Positions 28,040-48,111 of a stretch of 64,000 bases of DNA are shown here, piece by piece. Under the pieces are notes generated by a model that saw only the letters and a program-made list of their open reading frames with translations, made no database searches and was not told the origin of the DNA. The number at the start of each line of letters is the position of its first letter. The first letter of the stretch is position 1. The stretch lies in the NCBI RefSeq assembly GCF_009914755.1, contig NC_060944.1; one strand, written 5' to 3'. Source of the stretch: the human T2T-CHM13v2.0 reference genome, Homo sapiens. Made by a program: the position numbers and the translations under genes.

Positions 28040-29008
28040 GTAGGGCTCCTTCATTGGCCCCCTGTGCATTGGCATGCAGTCGAGCACCCCCAGACGAGCT
28101 GCTTTCTGAACCCCCCAGTCTGAGTTTACAGGGACCGCTGTACTCTTTGCTTCTCTTCTTTTCAGCCTCTCCCCACCTCCATTCTCCCCTCAGGATGGAT
28201 GAGCCTTACTTTTAGTATTTATCAGGTGCAAGATCTGCATGATGTTGGGTCCTGCCTCACTTGTCTGATCCCTTCTGTAAAGTTGAGTATGCAGAGAGAG
28301 GGCAACTGGCAGTCCTGCTTGCAGGAAATATGTGATCTAAGCCAATCTTTACAAACAAGTTCTGTGAGAAATTAAAATTTTGACTTGAGTTTTAGGATAT
28401 CTGAGGATTTAATCTGAAAAACCTCTTATTCCAATCTTTGATAAAATCTAAAATGAAGCTTTCTCCTCGTAAGCCAGTAGAGATTTGAGAATTTGCCTGA
28501 GTCATTTGTATAGCCCTGAGTATTCCTTCCAGATATTGGTGGTTACGGACAGGCCTGGAGGATCAAACCGGTGATGATGAACATGATCAAGTTCAGTCTC
28601 TCTCCAGGAAGTTGACGGTTTTGGTTGTTGAAATATTCCCTAATTATTTGTTTTCATGTTGAAAATGGAGCCCAGTTAAAAAAGAAATGTTGTTTGAGGA
28701 TTCTGGGTACAGTCTGGCTATGATTTTTTACTGTAACTGGGAATATAAAACATACATGAAATAACTCAGGAGAAAATGCCATCTGTTATACAAGTGATGC
28801 CATGAGGTGTGGCCGGGACACATGTGGCTGATGTCAATGCAGAGGAGGAGAGTGCTAATAGGAGGGCTTCCTAAAACTCCTGAGACTGAAGTTGAGCTTT
28901 AAGGAGAGTGATGGTGTTTCCTACTGGAGAGGACTCAGGGTGGATGATCTGGCTAGACTGGAAAAAGAGTTGCCCTGTTGGAGGACAGTGAGAGAGACAG
29001 CAAGACCT

Positions 29009-34005
<4,997 letters not shown>

Positions 34006-34064
34006 GGAAAGCTTTTTAAAGAGTGAGTGGTAACACTCAGAAAGGTGCTTCCTTCCAAGACTTC

Positions 34065-34264
34065 TAGACTCTGGTAACAGTAGCCTCTGGCAATGTGTGG
34101 CTGTTTAACCAAAACTGAATAAAATTTAAAATTCAGTTCCTCAGTTGCATTAGCCATGTTTCCAGCGCTCAATAGCTGCATAAGGCTAGTGGCTACTGTA
34201 TTGGATGACACAGACTTGGACCATTGATCATCGCAGAAAGTTCTTTTGGACTGTGCTGCTCTAA
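34065..34264. mobile_element. MER3-like hAT MITE
   Basis: aaattcagttcctcagttgcattagcc...gcagaaagttcttttggac. Confidence 0.7.
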
Positions 34265-34322
34265 AGCATTTGTGTTTTGTCCTGGGAGTACCACTTTGTA
34301 GAGCAGGTGTTGACACAGTGCT

Positions 34323-34388
34323 GGCTGAAATGGCCCTTCCTCCCTTGCCCCATGGAGGCTGAAATGGCCCTTCCTCCCTTGCCCCATG
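34323..34388 (+). repeat. Perfect 32-bp tandem duplication (period 34)
   Basis: ggctgaaatggcccttcctcccttgccccatg twice. Confidence 0.95.
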
Positions 34389-34481
34389 TCTGATGGAATA
34401 AGGTGCTGAAATGCTTGCTGATGTTCTTGCAAATCAAGTGTTGGGAGTTCACTAGGTCTCATCTCTCTCTTCTGCCGACAG

Positions 34482-34624
34482 TGTTGGAGAGCTGGCTGGA
34501 CTACACTGGGGAACTGGAGCCCCCTGAGCCGCTGGCCAGGCTTCCGCAGCTCAAGCATTGTATCAAGCAGCTGCTGATGGACCTGGGCAAGGTGCAGCAG
34601 ATCGCCCTCTGCTGCTCAACATGA
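34482..34624 (+). CDS. PHF20: PHF20 terminal coding exon ([10 protein letters not shown]...QQIALCCST*)
   Basis: Pyrimidine tract and cgacag acceptor; TGA at 34622-34624; matches the PHF20 C-terminus. Confidence 0.96.
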
Positions 34625-34691
34625 AACTGGGCACCCAAAACTCATGGGGGCACAATCCTGGGGCACCTGCAGGAGGAGCTTCGCATATTTA

Positions 34692-34701
34692 AATAAATAA
34701 A
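34692..34701 (+). terminator. Candidate proximal poly(A) signal (overlapping AATAAA x2)
   Basis: aataaataaa about 70 nt after the stop codon. Confidence 0.45.
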
Positions 34702-36724
34702 CCTAGCATGCTGAATGCACGTGACACCGACTGACTTCAGGGATCTGGGCCAGGAGTGTGGTGGACATTGGACAAAGAGGCCATTTTGGCTGCGGGAGGA
34801 CACTCTGATCTCGAAGCCTGCCATAAAGGTAGCAAATAGACTCTTGGGATTCCCCTCTTCTGTGCACATCGTTGAATGAAGAGAGTCTTTTTGCACAAAC
34901 TTCACTTGAAATTGTGCCACTGATGATAAACGGAATGAGAGCCAAAAAAGTTTAGTTGGAGACAGTTGTAAATTCAATTTGGAGTTTATTTAATTGACTT
35001 TTCTATCACGTTGGGGCACATGCCAACTCCCTGGTTTCTTCCTGGCATGGTGTTTGGGCAGCAGGCATCATTTTCCTTTTCTAGCTTCATAGGAATATTG
35101 TGAGCTCACCATGCTGTGGAGGTTGGGAAAGAGCAGAGTCTTGGCTGCCCTGCTTTCTCCTTAGGACTCTTCACTTTTCTCACCACATCTCTTGCATGAC
35201 TTCATGGTACTGGGGACAAGTTTGTATGCCTTCACCCCAGAGCTGGCTGGGTTATGGCTTTTGTAGCAGAGCCCATACAGCCTATGGAAGAACTAGAATC
35301 TCACTCACAGTAATAAGAATCTAGGAGGAATTCCAAACCGAAGCAGGCAGGGTCTGGAACCCAAAGGACAGCATTTTCTACCCACTTCTTAATATTGACA
35401 GCTTCCCCGTTCTATTTAATGTCCAAAAATGTTTCCCAAAATTTCAAACTCTTTCACTGTAAAGATTTGTTACAAAGAATGTGGTTTGGGGAATTACCTT
35501 ATTTTATATTGTTGTAAACAAACTTCAAATTCTACATGTGCGACTTTTCTCCTTCCTGAAGGGTGTTTAGTAGTCAGCGTTTTCAGAATTGTTTTGTTAC
35601 TATACTTTAACATTTTACATTTCCTGTTTGTATTATTTTGTGAGAGCAAGGTGATCATGCTGCTTAAGGTCCAGGTACAACCTATTTGTACCTTTTGAGA
35701 CAATATTTGTGTTACTTTTGCAGGTTACGGTTCCACATGTAATTGCTATATTTTGTTTTGTTTTTCCTTACTAGGCAAAGTTAAAATGTTCCATGCTTTG
35801 AGGAGTGACCCATTTCACTACTTTGTTTTCTTATCACTAAAGGCAAAAATCAAAGCACAGTTGTCCATTAACACTTATAAGTTAATTATGGGTTTATGAG
35901 TCTGTAATGTTATATGCTGCAAACATTTACTATGTAAACGTGAAGTAGCCAATAATATCTCAATAGTAGTAACAGTATCTTTAGCGACCTTTGGAATAGT
36001 TAAGCACAGGTCATTGTGGACATGAATTCAGGCCTCTGTACTAAAATCTATTTCAGGGAATGTTCTGTCTAGTGATTTGCTCACCATTTGATATATAATG
36101 AATTATAGGACAAGTATAAGCTGATCTGCTATAGCTGTCCATCAGAGAGAATACACGTGGCTATAACATCTATAACAAAACGACGATTCCTCTACAAGAG
36201 GCTGTTTCTCACTGCTAACGTTGGTGTTTCTGGCGTGGGAAGAAATGCACAGGCGTGCATGGCATGCACGTTCAGACAGCTGCATTGTAAGAGTTCTGTC
36301 ATGCAGTCTGAAAAGGGAAGAAACAGGATGGCTTTCTGTAGCCACACCTGTGAGGCGTGATGATTGTTGTATTATTAGATTACTGATTTTTCTTTTCTGA
36401 AAATACATTTGAGTTTTAATCACATCTGTGGAAGCTGTAACTTTTAAGGTAGTCAATTTCATGTCTTGTTCAACGATGTAAGCAGAAACTGAATTGCCCT
36501 AATTTTGCCAACTGGCCATTATTGGGATTATTGTTTAAATTTTTGGTAAAGGAAGTAATCTCCTTTCATTCATTGTGACTTTTGTTCTTAGGGAAGCAGA
36601 GAAGACTCCCCAAGTTCTTATAACCTCATTGTGCTTCCCTAATTTAAAGCCATGTTGAGGGGCTCCATTCCCAATTCCTGGGTCAAGGTGAATTAACCCT
36701 ATGTTGGAGCACTGGAAACCGTTA

Positions 36725-37078
<354 letters not shown>

Positions 37079-37344
37079 AAATATGTGCACTACCTAAGTT
37101 TTGTCTTTAGAAAAACTATCCACCTATAAAAAATTACCTTGACAAAAATAGTTCCGGTTTGACTAATCATTTTGTTTCTTTAAGTGGTAAGTGTATGCAA
37201 GGTGGATCCTTGATGAGCCAACATTGCACTGTGGATACATATCTATGTTTACGCGCTATTAGAACAGAAGGCGCTGTATATAGAAATGTTGCTTTGAAGC
37301 AATATTTGCAAAACACGCAGACTTCTGTATCTGTATTTGGAAAA

Positions 37345-37350
37345 AATAAA
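37345..37350 (+). terminator. Distal polyadenylation signal of PHF20
   Basis: AATAAA with upstream TGTA motifs and downstream GT/T-rich sequence. Confidence 0.8.
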
Positions 37351-37393
37351 ACAGGTTCTTGTTGCTATGTTTCAGTTACGTATTGTTGAGTTA

Positions 37394-39159
<1,766 letters not shown>

Positions 39160-39188
39160 TATAAAGTTCTTCACCATTCTTTTTTTTT

Positions 39189-39603
<415 letters not shown>

Positions 39604-40640
39604 CCTTCTTCACCTATTCTAATCTTCTTTAAACATTACCTTTTAAAGAAGGCTGTTCTTACCTTCTAAACAACTATCTTTTTCCAGGGAGGCAGGTGCA
39701 AACTCTGCCAAGAAATCCCAAGAATGCAAAAATACTTCTCAATTTGTCTGTCTTTAATATTCAAAAGCAAATTGCCCCTCACCAACTTCCAGCCCAGTCT
39801 CACTCATGCTTTGTGGTGTGAACTGCAGGCTGATTTTGATTGTTGAGAGCAGTGCAAGGAAGACAAGTCTGGCCTTCCTTATATTAACAAATGGCACTCA
39901 CTGCAATAGGACCTATCTGGGACCAATCCAAGCTGTCCATGGACCCTAACTAGCTCCTTCCTGGTTGGGCAGAAGCCTCTGGAAACAGAGTAGGTTTAAG
40001 ATTTCAGAACAGGTCCTCATTATTTGCCAAATTCTTTCTTCCCTTTGTAAACGATTATGCTAGTTTAAACACCAAAAGGGAGCCAGCCGGAGAGACATTA
40101 AAATGAGTAGCTTCAGTAATGTAAATAATCCATTACTTCAACTAGTTCTGCTTTATTCCTACCACAGGCCTAAAATTTGGCAAGGAAGTTGAGCAAGCCT
40201 GGCGGCATAAGCCAGAGCTCACAAGAACTAGCCTATCTCTGTGAAGGTGTGCAGTAAACACTTCACATTAAAATGGCCCAGTAACTTGGACATTTTGGGA
40301 AGCCTGTACCCAAAGGGCAGGTGCAAGTTGGTGCCCATATTGGTATAGAGGTAGCCAGTTAAGTGAGCATTTAATAGAGCCAGCTATTTTGCGTGTAAGA
40401 AACCCAAGTGGGTCCTTGGGAGCCCAGGTGAAAAACTTCCCATGTGTGGTAGAGGGATAACCTAGGTTCAGTCAACATCTAAAGATCCCACTATAGCCAA
40501 CGAAGGCCTTATTGTTACGGACTCCCAACTTCGTTTCGCCACCAGCCAGAAAGGCGGTAGGAAACAGGCTTGGTAAAATAAACCCAATAAGAACGAATGA
40601 AAGAGACACACCAGACCACAGGCGCTGCCAAAACTCATTT

Positions 40641-40646
40641 TTCATT
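40641..40646 (-). terminator. Candidate SCAND1 poly(A) signal, variant AATGAA
   Basis: No AATAAA near the stop; AATGAA ~95 nt after the stop followed by a long GT/T-rich element on the - strand. Confidence 0.55.
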
Positions 40647-40741
40647 AACACGGGGTGGGGTCCCAGGCTCAGGCCCCCGGGCCCGATCATGGCCCCAGTC
40701 CGCACAGAGCGCCCGGCCCTGGCCGCCCGCAGCTCCACCGC

Positions 40742-41281
40742 TCAGCCAGTGATGCGCACATCCGTGCGGCGGCGGATCCGCCGGGCCCGAGCCGCCTCGG
40801 GCAGGATGGCGAGCAGCTGCTCTTGCACCAGCATCTCCACGATCTGCTCCTTGGTGCGGATGTCAGGCCGCAGCCACTGGCGGGACAGCTCCCGCAGCTG
40901 CCGGAAAGCCTCCCGGGGACCCGCCGCATCCTGGTAGCGGAACTGCCGGAAACGCTGGCGGAACGTCTCGGGACCGAGTCTAGAGCCGGCGGGGCCTGGT
41001 GTGGAGCGCGCTTCAGCTTCGGCCTGAGGCGCTACGCTCACGGGTGCGGGCCCGAGAGGCAGCTCCAGGGCCGCGGAGGCCGCAGCTCGGGGCGTAGGGA
41101 TGGCTTCAGGGACCGCGGCGTTGGGACTGGAAGGCTCAGGGGCAGGCGGTGAGGCCTCTGGCAGCGAGGAGCCCACACAGTTACGCTCAGGGGCTGAGCT
41201 CGAACCGGCTCCTTCCAGTTTCTCCGGTGGCACCGCCGCGGGACTCCCAGTGGCCGCCAAGATCGGCTCCGTAGCCGCCAT
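40742..41281 (-). CDS. SCAND1: SCAND1, SCAN domain-containing protein 1, 179 aa, CDS in one exon
   Basis: ATG at 41281 in strong context (gttATGg); [10 protein letters not shown]...[51 protein letters not shown] is a SCAN domain; no zinc fingers. Confidence 0.97.
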
Positions 41282-41336
41282 AACTCCAGCTCCGGGCGTC
41301 ACTCTTTGTCCGGTAGCTGTGTGCTCAGCACTGCGT

Positions 41337-41444
41337 CTGCGCGGGGGTGGGGTGAGCAGGGAGACGTTTCCGGTTAAAGGGCAGAGCTCGCGTCACCCTT
41401 GAGGGAGTCGGACTCGGGACCGGCCGAGAGTGTGCGGAGCTTAC
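41337..41444 (-). other. SCAND1: SCAND1 short 5' intron
   Basis: - strand CAG|GTAAG donor at 41445/41444; C-rich tract then gcgcag acceptor at 41337; second AG 6 nt downstream. Confidence 0.8.
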
Positions 41445-41576
41445 CTGCACCAGCGAAGCGCCTGCGGCAGCCGGAAGCGAAAGTCTCTGGCTTCTCTGCG
41501 TCCAGGTCGGCGCGCGAGCACCCGGAAGCCGCTTGCGGGCTCCCGGAAGCGGCGCCCTCTAGCGTTCTCGAGTCGC

Positions 41577-41750
41577 ATGAGGCGGCTGCTGCCCTCGCGG
41601 TGCGGGAGGGCGAGCTGCGCGTGGCCTGGGCTCCTTCCGAATGGTGGCGCCTCTGAGCGCCAGTTCGAGGAGGAGTCGGAGGAGGAGCCTGAATGTTTGG
41701 AGATAGACTTCAAGTCCCGGACCTTATCCGTGCGCCGCTTCGGTTTGCAG
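41577..41750 (+). CDS. Candidate alternative first coding exon of CNBD2 (MRRLLPSRC...EEESEEEPECLEIDFKSRTLSVRRFGLQ)
   Basis: ATG-initiated 58-codon open frame ending at CAG|gtgacc, phase 0, compatible with the phase-0 CNBD2 exon at 59606. Confidence 0.4.
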
Positions 41751-44237
41751 GTGACCTTTGCGTGCGGGCGCCCCTTCTGATTGACCCTGATGAGCTGTAG
41801 CTCTGATGGCCCCTCCTTCGGGAATGATTAGGGTGACGGCTGGCCGGGGCTCGTTCGAGTGGCGCCCGGCCGGTGGTGACCCGAACAGGAGAGCGGGACG
41901 GCGACCATTCTCTCGGGAGGGGCCCATCTGGAGAAAGTCCTCTCGCTTGGTCAAACTAGGAGGGCGATAGCACCGGCCTTACTGCGACGATGACAAAGTA
42001 CAACACACCGTCTGGCGCGAAGGAGATGCTCGAGAACCCTTTGCTGTTGTTATTTTTCGCGTGTCCTCCGAAACCAAGGGAAATGCGGCTCTGTGGGTTC
42101 TGTTAACGTCAGCATTTAATAAGTGAACTCTAAATGCATTGCCCCTTATGGTGGCCGCTGGCCTCCTGAGTTGACTCAGCTCTTGCAACGTAGCTAGTTG
42201 ATAACCCTCGAAATATAGCGAATTGAGATGTGCTATATTGTAAAATACGGGACTTAGTACGAAAAAACTGATGTAAAAATTATCTCAATACTTTTTAATA
42301 CTGATTACATGTTGGAATATAATGTTTTGCATATATTGGGTCAAATAAAAATGTTATTAATTTCACCTGTGTTTTTACTTTTTAAATGCAGCTTCTAAAA
42401 ACATTTAAATTGCATGTGCAGTTTACATTATATTTCTGTTGAGCAGCCTTGGGTTAGAGTGTTGGAGTGAGGCTACCTTGGTGGAATCCCCTTTGACGAT
42501 ACCCAGCTCAGAGTTGTTAGGAGGATTAAATAAATTAAGCCGTTGGAGAGAAAGGGCTTTTAAGAAGTTTGCTCTTGTTTTTATTAGGTAAACTGCTTGC
42601 TATCTCTGAGCTACTGTTTTCTTATCAGTAAAATGTGGATGTAATAGAACTTACCTCTCAGAGGTAATTGAGAATTCAGTGAGATGATGTAGGTAAAAGC
42701 ACGTGGCCCTGACAGCCCTCGGCCAGGTGGTTTTCTGTTTGGTAGCTGACTCACAAATAGTTTTGTTTTTGTTTTTGTTTTTGTTTTGAGACTGAGTCCT
42801 CCGCCTACCGGGTTCAAGCGATTCTCCTCCCTCCGCCTCCCGAGTAGCTGGGATTACAGGCGCCCACCACCACACCCGGCTAATATTTTATATTTTTGGT
42901 ACAGATGGAGTTTCACCGTGTTGGCCAGACTGGTCTCGAACTCTTGACCTCAGGTGATCCACTCTCCTCAGCCTCCCAAAGTGCTGGCATTACAGGCGTG
43001 AGCCACCGTGCCGGGCCACAAATAGGTTTTATATCCTCATTTTACAGAAGGGGAAACTGAGGCCCTCAAAGGACAGGGGCCTCATATGAAAGGTTTTCTA
43101 TGACCTTGCAGTCCTTTTGAGCCCGTGCAGGATGGAGGAGCAGGTTTAACAACCATTAACATGCCATTAGCCCTGATATAAAACTTACCCCTACCATAGG
43201 ATGTTTCCTTTGGATGGGTAGAAGTGGACCCTCATGAAATCATTTCCATAGCCTGAAAACCTTGAAAGTCGTTGCAGTGGGCCTTTAATGTTTTTTAGTT
43301 GCTGACATGTAAAAATTGGGAGATTTCACATGCAAATCTGGATTTCTAATTTTTCTTGAAAAAACGGAAGAGCTGGCCACACTGGACCCAAATTCCTGCT
43401 GGTCAACAATCAGCTGACACTGAGTAGAGACGACTTCCTTTAGACAAGATACTCTGTCCCATTTGGTCTCAATCTCAACCATTCCCTATGGTTCTCTGAA
43501 ATAGAATGTTGTTTGCATTTACTGTTGCTCTCAGGTTGTTGCTTTATTTAGAGTTGATATTTTTCTCTCTTTTCTTTTTAGAGGTGAGAAAGCAGGGTCT
43601 TAGTGTTTGTTATGCCTACTGGCTTCAAACCTTGACTTCTGTCTGGCCCCTCAGTAGTTGGGTTTGCTGCCCAGAGTGACCAACAGTGCTATTCCCTGTG
43701 TGGTAACAGGTACTCAGTTTCTAGGCCTAAGGGAGCACACTAACCCTTCTGTGGAGGCAAGAGGTGATAGAAGTCTTCACTGGGGAGGAGACTTCAAGCT
43801 GAGACTCAAGAACAAAATGGGTGGGGCTCAGGGACATTCCAGGTAGAAGGTACTGCCTGTACAAAGGCACATAGTGAGTAGGAGCAAAACTGTGGAAACT
43901 GCAGGCTATATGGGAAAGTGGTTGGGATCTGGAGAAGGGGTGAGAGATGAGGTTGGAACACTGGTGGGGGTTAAATCATAAATGTCCTAGAATTCCATGT
44001 TTAAAATTTAGTTATTATCTTCTTGTGAAAGGGAATGAACTTTTGTGGCACCTGGAATCATGAGATGTTATGTTAGATCTCTAGTCTATTTCTTCCATCC
44101 CTATTGAAATCGTGAATTATTAGAGATAGGAGGAGGGACCTGAGAGATCTATTAGAATCATTGAATGTCAGACTGGAAGGGCCCTTAGAAATGGAATTTA
44201 AAAATCCAGCCCTTTGTGGGCCGGTAAGCCTGCTTTA

Positions 44238-44435
<198 letters not shown>

Positions 44436-45166
44436 TTAGCTGGGCTCGGTGGCTCATGCCTGTAATCTCAGCACTTTAGAAGGCTTGAAAGATTGGCAGT
44501 ATGTACACTCTACTTTGGTATATGCTTGAAAATGTCCATGATAAAAGTTAAAACATTCAGATTCCCAGAGTCTGAAAAAAAACATATAATGCCTCTTCTT
44601 CGAAAAGGGATGCAGTTATCTACTTTCATGTAATTTACATATATCCTTGAACCCTCCCAGAAGTCCCAGATTAAGCTTAAAATATACATTTATATTTCAT
44701 TCTTTTGAATTTTGCAGATTGAGAAACCAAGATGTCAGAAGATGAAGGATTGGTCCAAAATAAGAAAGCTAGTAAGTGGTTTCATGAGGACAGAAATCTT
44801 TTGACTTTTAGTCCAAACTCTTATCTTATTAGGCCTCTTTATCCCTAGATTGGGAGTTCACTTGGGAAGGGATCATAACTCATTCATCTCATATCACTTA
44901 GCTTCCAACACAAGGCCTGACTCCTAGGTAGCTTCAGTGTTGATTAAAGGAAAGAGGACAAATGTGGATTGCAGACCATCCCTGAGAAGGCAGAGCTCTC
45001 ATATGAGTCCCAGACTCTTTCAGAGACCTCAGTGCCTTTTGATGGCACTTGGTTGTTGAGGGTTGTGGAAAAGAAGCTTGGATACTTATTTTCTTTTTTA
45101 TCAGAGCCATCACACTGGAGAATACGTCTTTTAAAAAGCTTTTCATTGGCCAAGCATGGTGGCTCA

Positions 45167-45426
<260 letters not shown>

Positions 45427-45444
45427 TCAAAAAAATAAATAAGT

Positions 45445-46080
45445 TTTTTATTTGGAAATAATTATAGATTCATAGAAGGTTGCAAAAATAGTTCAGAGAG
45501 GTTTCATGTACCCTTCAGTCAGTTTTCCCTAATGGTAACATCTTGCATAACTATAGTACAATATCAAAACCAGGAAATTGACATTGGTACAATCCACAGA
45601 CTTTATTCACATTTTCCCAGTTTTACATACATGCATTTGTGTGTGTGTGTGTGTGTGTAGGTCTATGCAATTTTATCGTGTGTGGATTAATGCAACTACT
45701 ACCACAATATCTAGAACTGTCTGATCACCACAGAGATCCCTCGTGCTATCTCTTTATAATTGCATCCATTCATCTTCCCTTCCCCTATCCCTAACCACAG
45801 GCAACCACTAATCTATTCTCCATGTCTATAACTGTGTTATTTAAAAAATGTTACATACCTGGAATCATATAGTGTATAATCATTTGGGCTTGGCTCTTTC
45901 CACTTGGCACAATTCCCTGGAGATTCACCCAAGTGGTTGCTTGTATCAATAGTTTGTCCTTTTTATTGCTGAGTAGTAATCTATGGTATAGATGTACCAT
46001 GGTATATTTAACCATCCATTGAAGGACATTTGGGTTGTCTCCACCTTTGAGCTGTTACAAATAGAACTGCTATGAGTTAT
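45445..46080 (-). mobile_element. Old L1M 3' end, next to Alu +45148-45440
   Basis: Same L1 3'-end type as 6800-7345. Confidence 0.7.
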
Positions 46081-46326
46081 TTTATGACATGGCTTTGGGT
46101 AATCACTTATCTTTCTGAGCCTGGAAATAGTAACTACCACACAGGATGGTTCTGAATAGTCGAGGAGGAGAAATATATATAAGGGAACTGGTGCAGGGTT
46201 TGGCACAGAATATATACTTCGTCATTTTTTTAAAACCGATGGTTATGAAGAGATAATACTTCCTTGAATATGTAAGTTCTAGTATGTAGTATTTTTAAAA
46301 GTCACAGGCATTGATATTATTATTAG

Positions 46327-46693
46327 TGTATTAGTCTGTTCTCATGCTGCTAATAAAGACATACCCAAGACTGGGTAATTTATAAAGGAAAGACGTTTAA
46401 TGAACTCACAGCTCCACGTGGCTAGGGAGGCCTCACAATCGTGGTGGAAGACAAGGAGGAGCAAGTCACATCTTACATGGATGGCAGCAGGCAGACAGAA
46501 TGAGAAAGTGAAAGGGGTTTCCCCTTATAAAACCATCAGATCTCGTGAGACTTATTCACTACCATGAGAACAGTATGGGGGAACTACCCCCATGATTGAA
46601 TTATCTTCCACTGAGTCCTTCCCACAACACGTGGGAATTATGAGAGCTACAATTCAAGATGAGATTTGGGTGCGGATACAGCCAAACCATATC
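46327..46693 (-). mobile_element. THE1 (MaLR) solo LTR
   Basis: - strand starts TGATATGGTTTGGCTG and ends GACTAATACA; ~367 bp. Confidence 0.9.
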
Positions 46694-47463
46694 ATTATTG
46701 AACATCTGTGTATGTGTGATACTTTATTTACAGATGAGAAATTAAGGTCTAGAGAGATTAATTAACTTGCCCAGGTTCAGCCAATCCATGGCAAGATTGG
46801 GATTCAAACCCACGTTTAACATAGACAGTAGGAACCATGGAAGGACTTAAAGCAGGGGAAGGATGTGATCAGATTTGTGTTTTAGGAGACTCAGTCTGGA
46901 TGCACTGTAAAGAATATTGCTTTATTGCTGAACACTTAGATTATTTCTGATTTTTCATTAAAATAATGTGATAATCATATATTGCTTAAAGCTTGTTCTG
47001 ATTTTGAATTATAAGCATCTATTACTATCAAATCTATTTGGTCTCTGAGTTTGAAAAGGAAGCATTCTGATAGCAAGAGCTTGGATGGTAAGGGATACCA
47101 GTACTTCCTTAAGCTGTAATCCCAAAAGAGGACTGACTGAAATATTTTGCTACATATTGCCACCTTTCTTTCTATAGACATGTGTTTGATTCATAGAACC
47201 TTAGGACAACCCCTTTACTTCACAGATGGGCAAACTAAAGTTCAGAAAGTAGAAGTACTAGCCAGGGTAGAATCCAGGGCCCAGCAATGAATGAGAATTT
47301 TAGTTGCTCTACATCCTCATCAGCACTTAGTATTTCATTTGACAGAGTCTGTCATCCAAGCTCAGTGTCATTAGTTATTCAGAAAATTCAGTGCAGTGTT
47401 GCAGTCCTAGATCACTGCAGCGTCAAACTCCTGGGTTCAAACTATTCTGCCTCAGCTTTGTGA

Positions 47464-48111
<648 letters not shown>

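Larger units (their letters stand above)
40650..42070. promoter_or_regulatory. CpG island / bidirectional promoter over SCAND1 and upstream of CNBD2
   Basis: Dense CpG and high GC; ETS/GABP-type CCGGAAG at 41471, 41522 and 41543. Confidence 0.9.

Noticed and set aside
41282-41302. ORF track start of SCAND1 at 41302 (186 aa)
   Set aside because: That codon is GTG; the strong-context ATG is at 41281
40512-41402. Long + strand ORFs antisense to SCAND1 (141, 165 and 100 aa)
   Set aside because: Non-ATG starts; expected shadow ORFs of a GC-rich coding sequence
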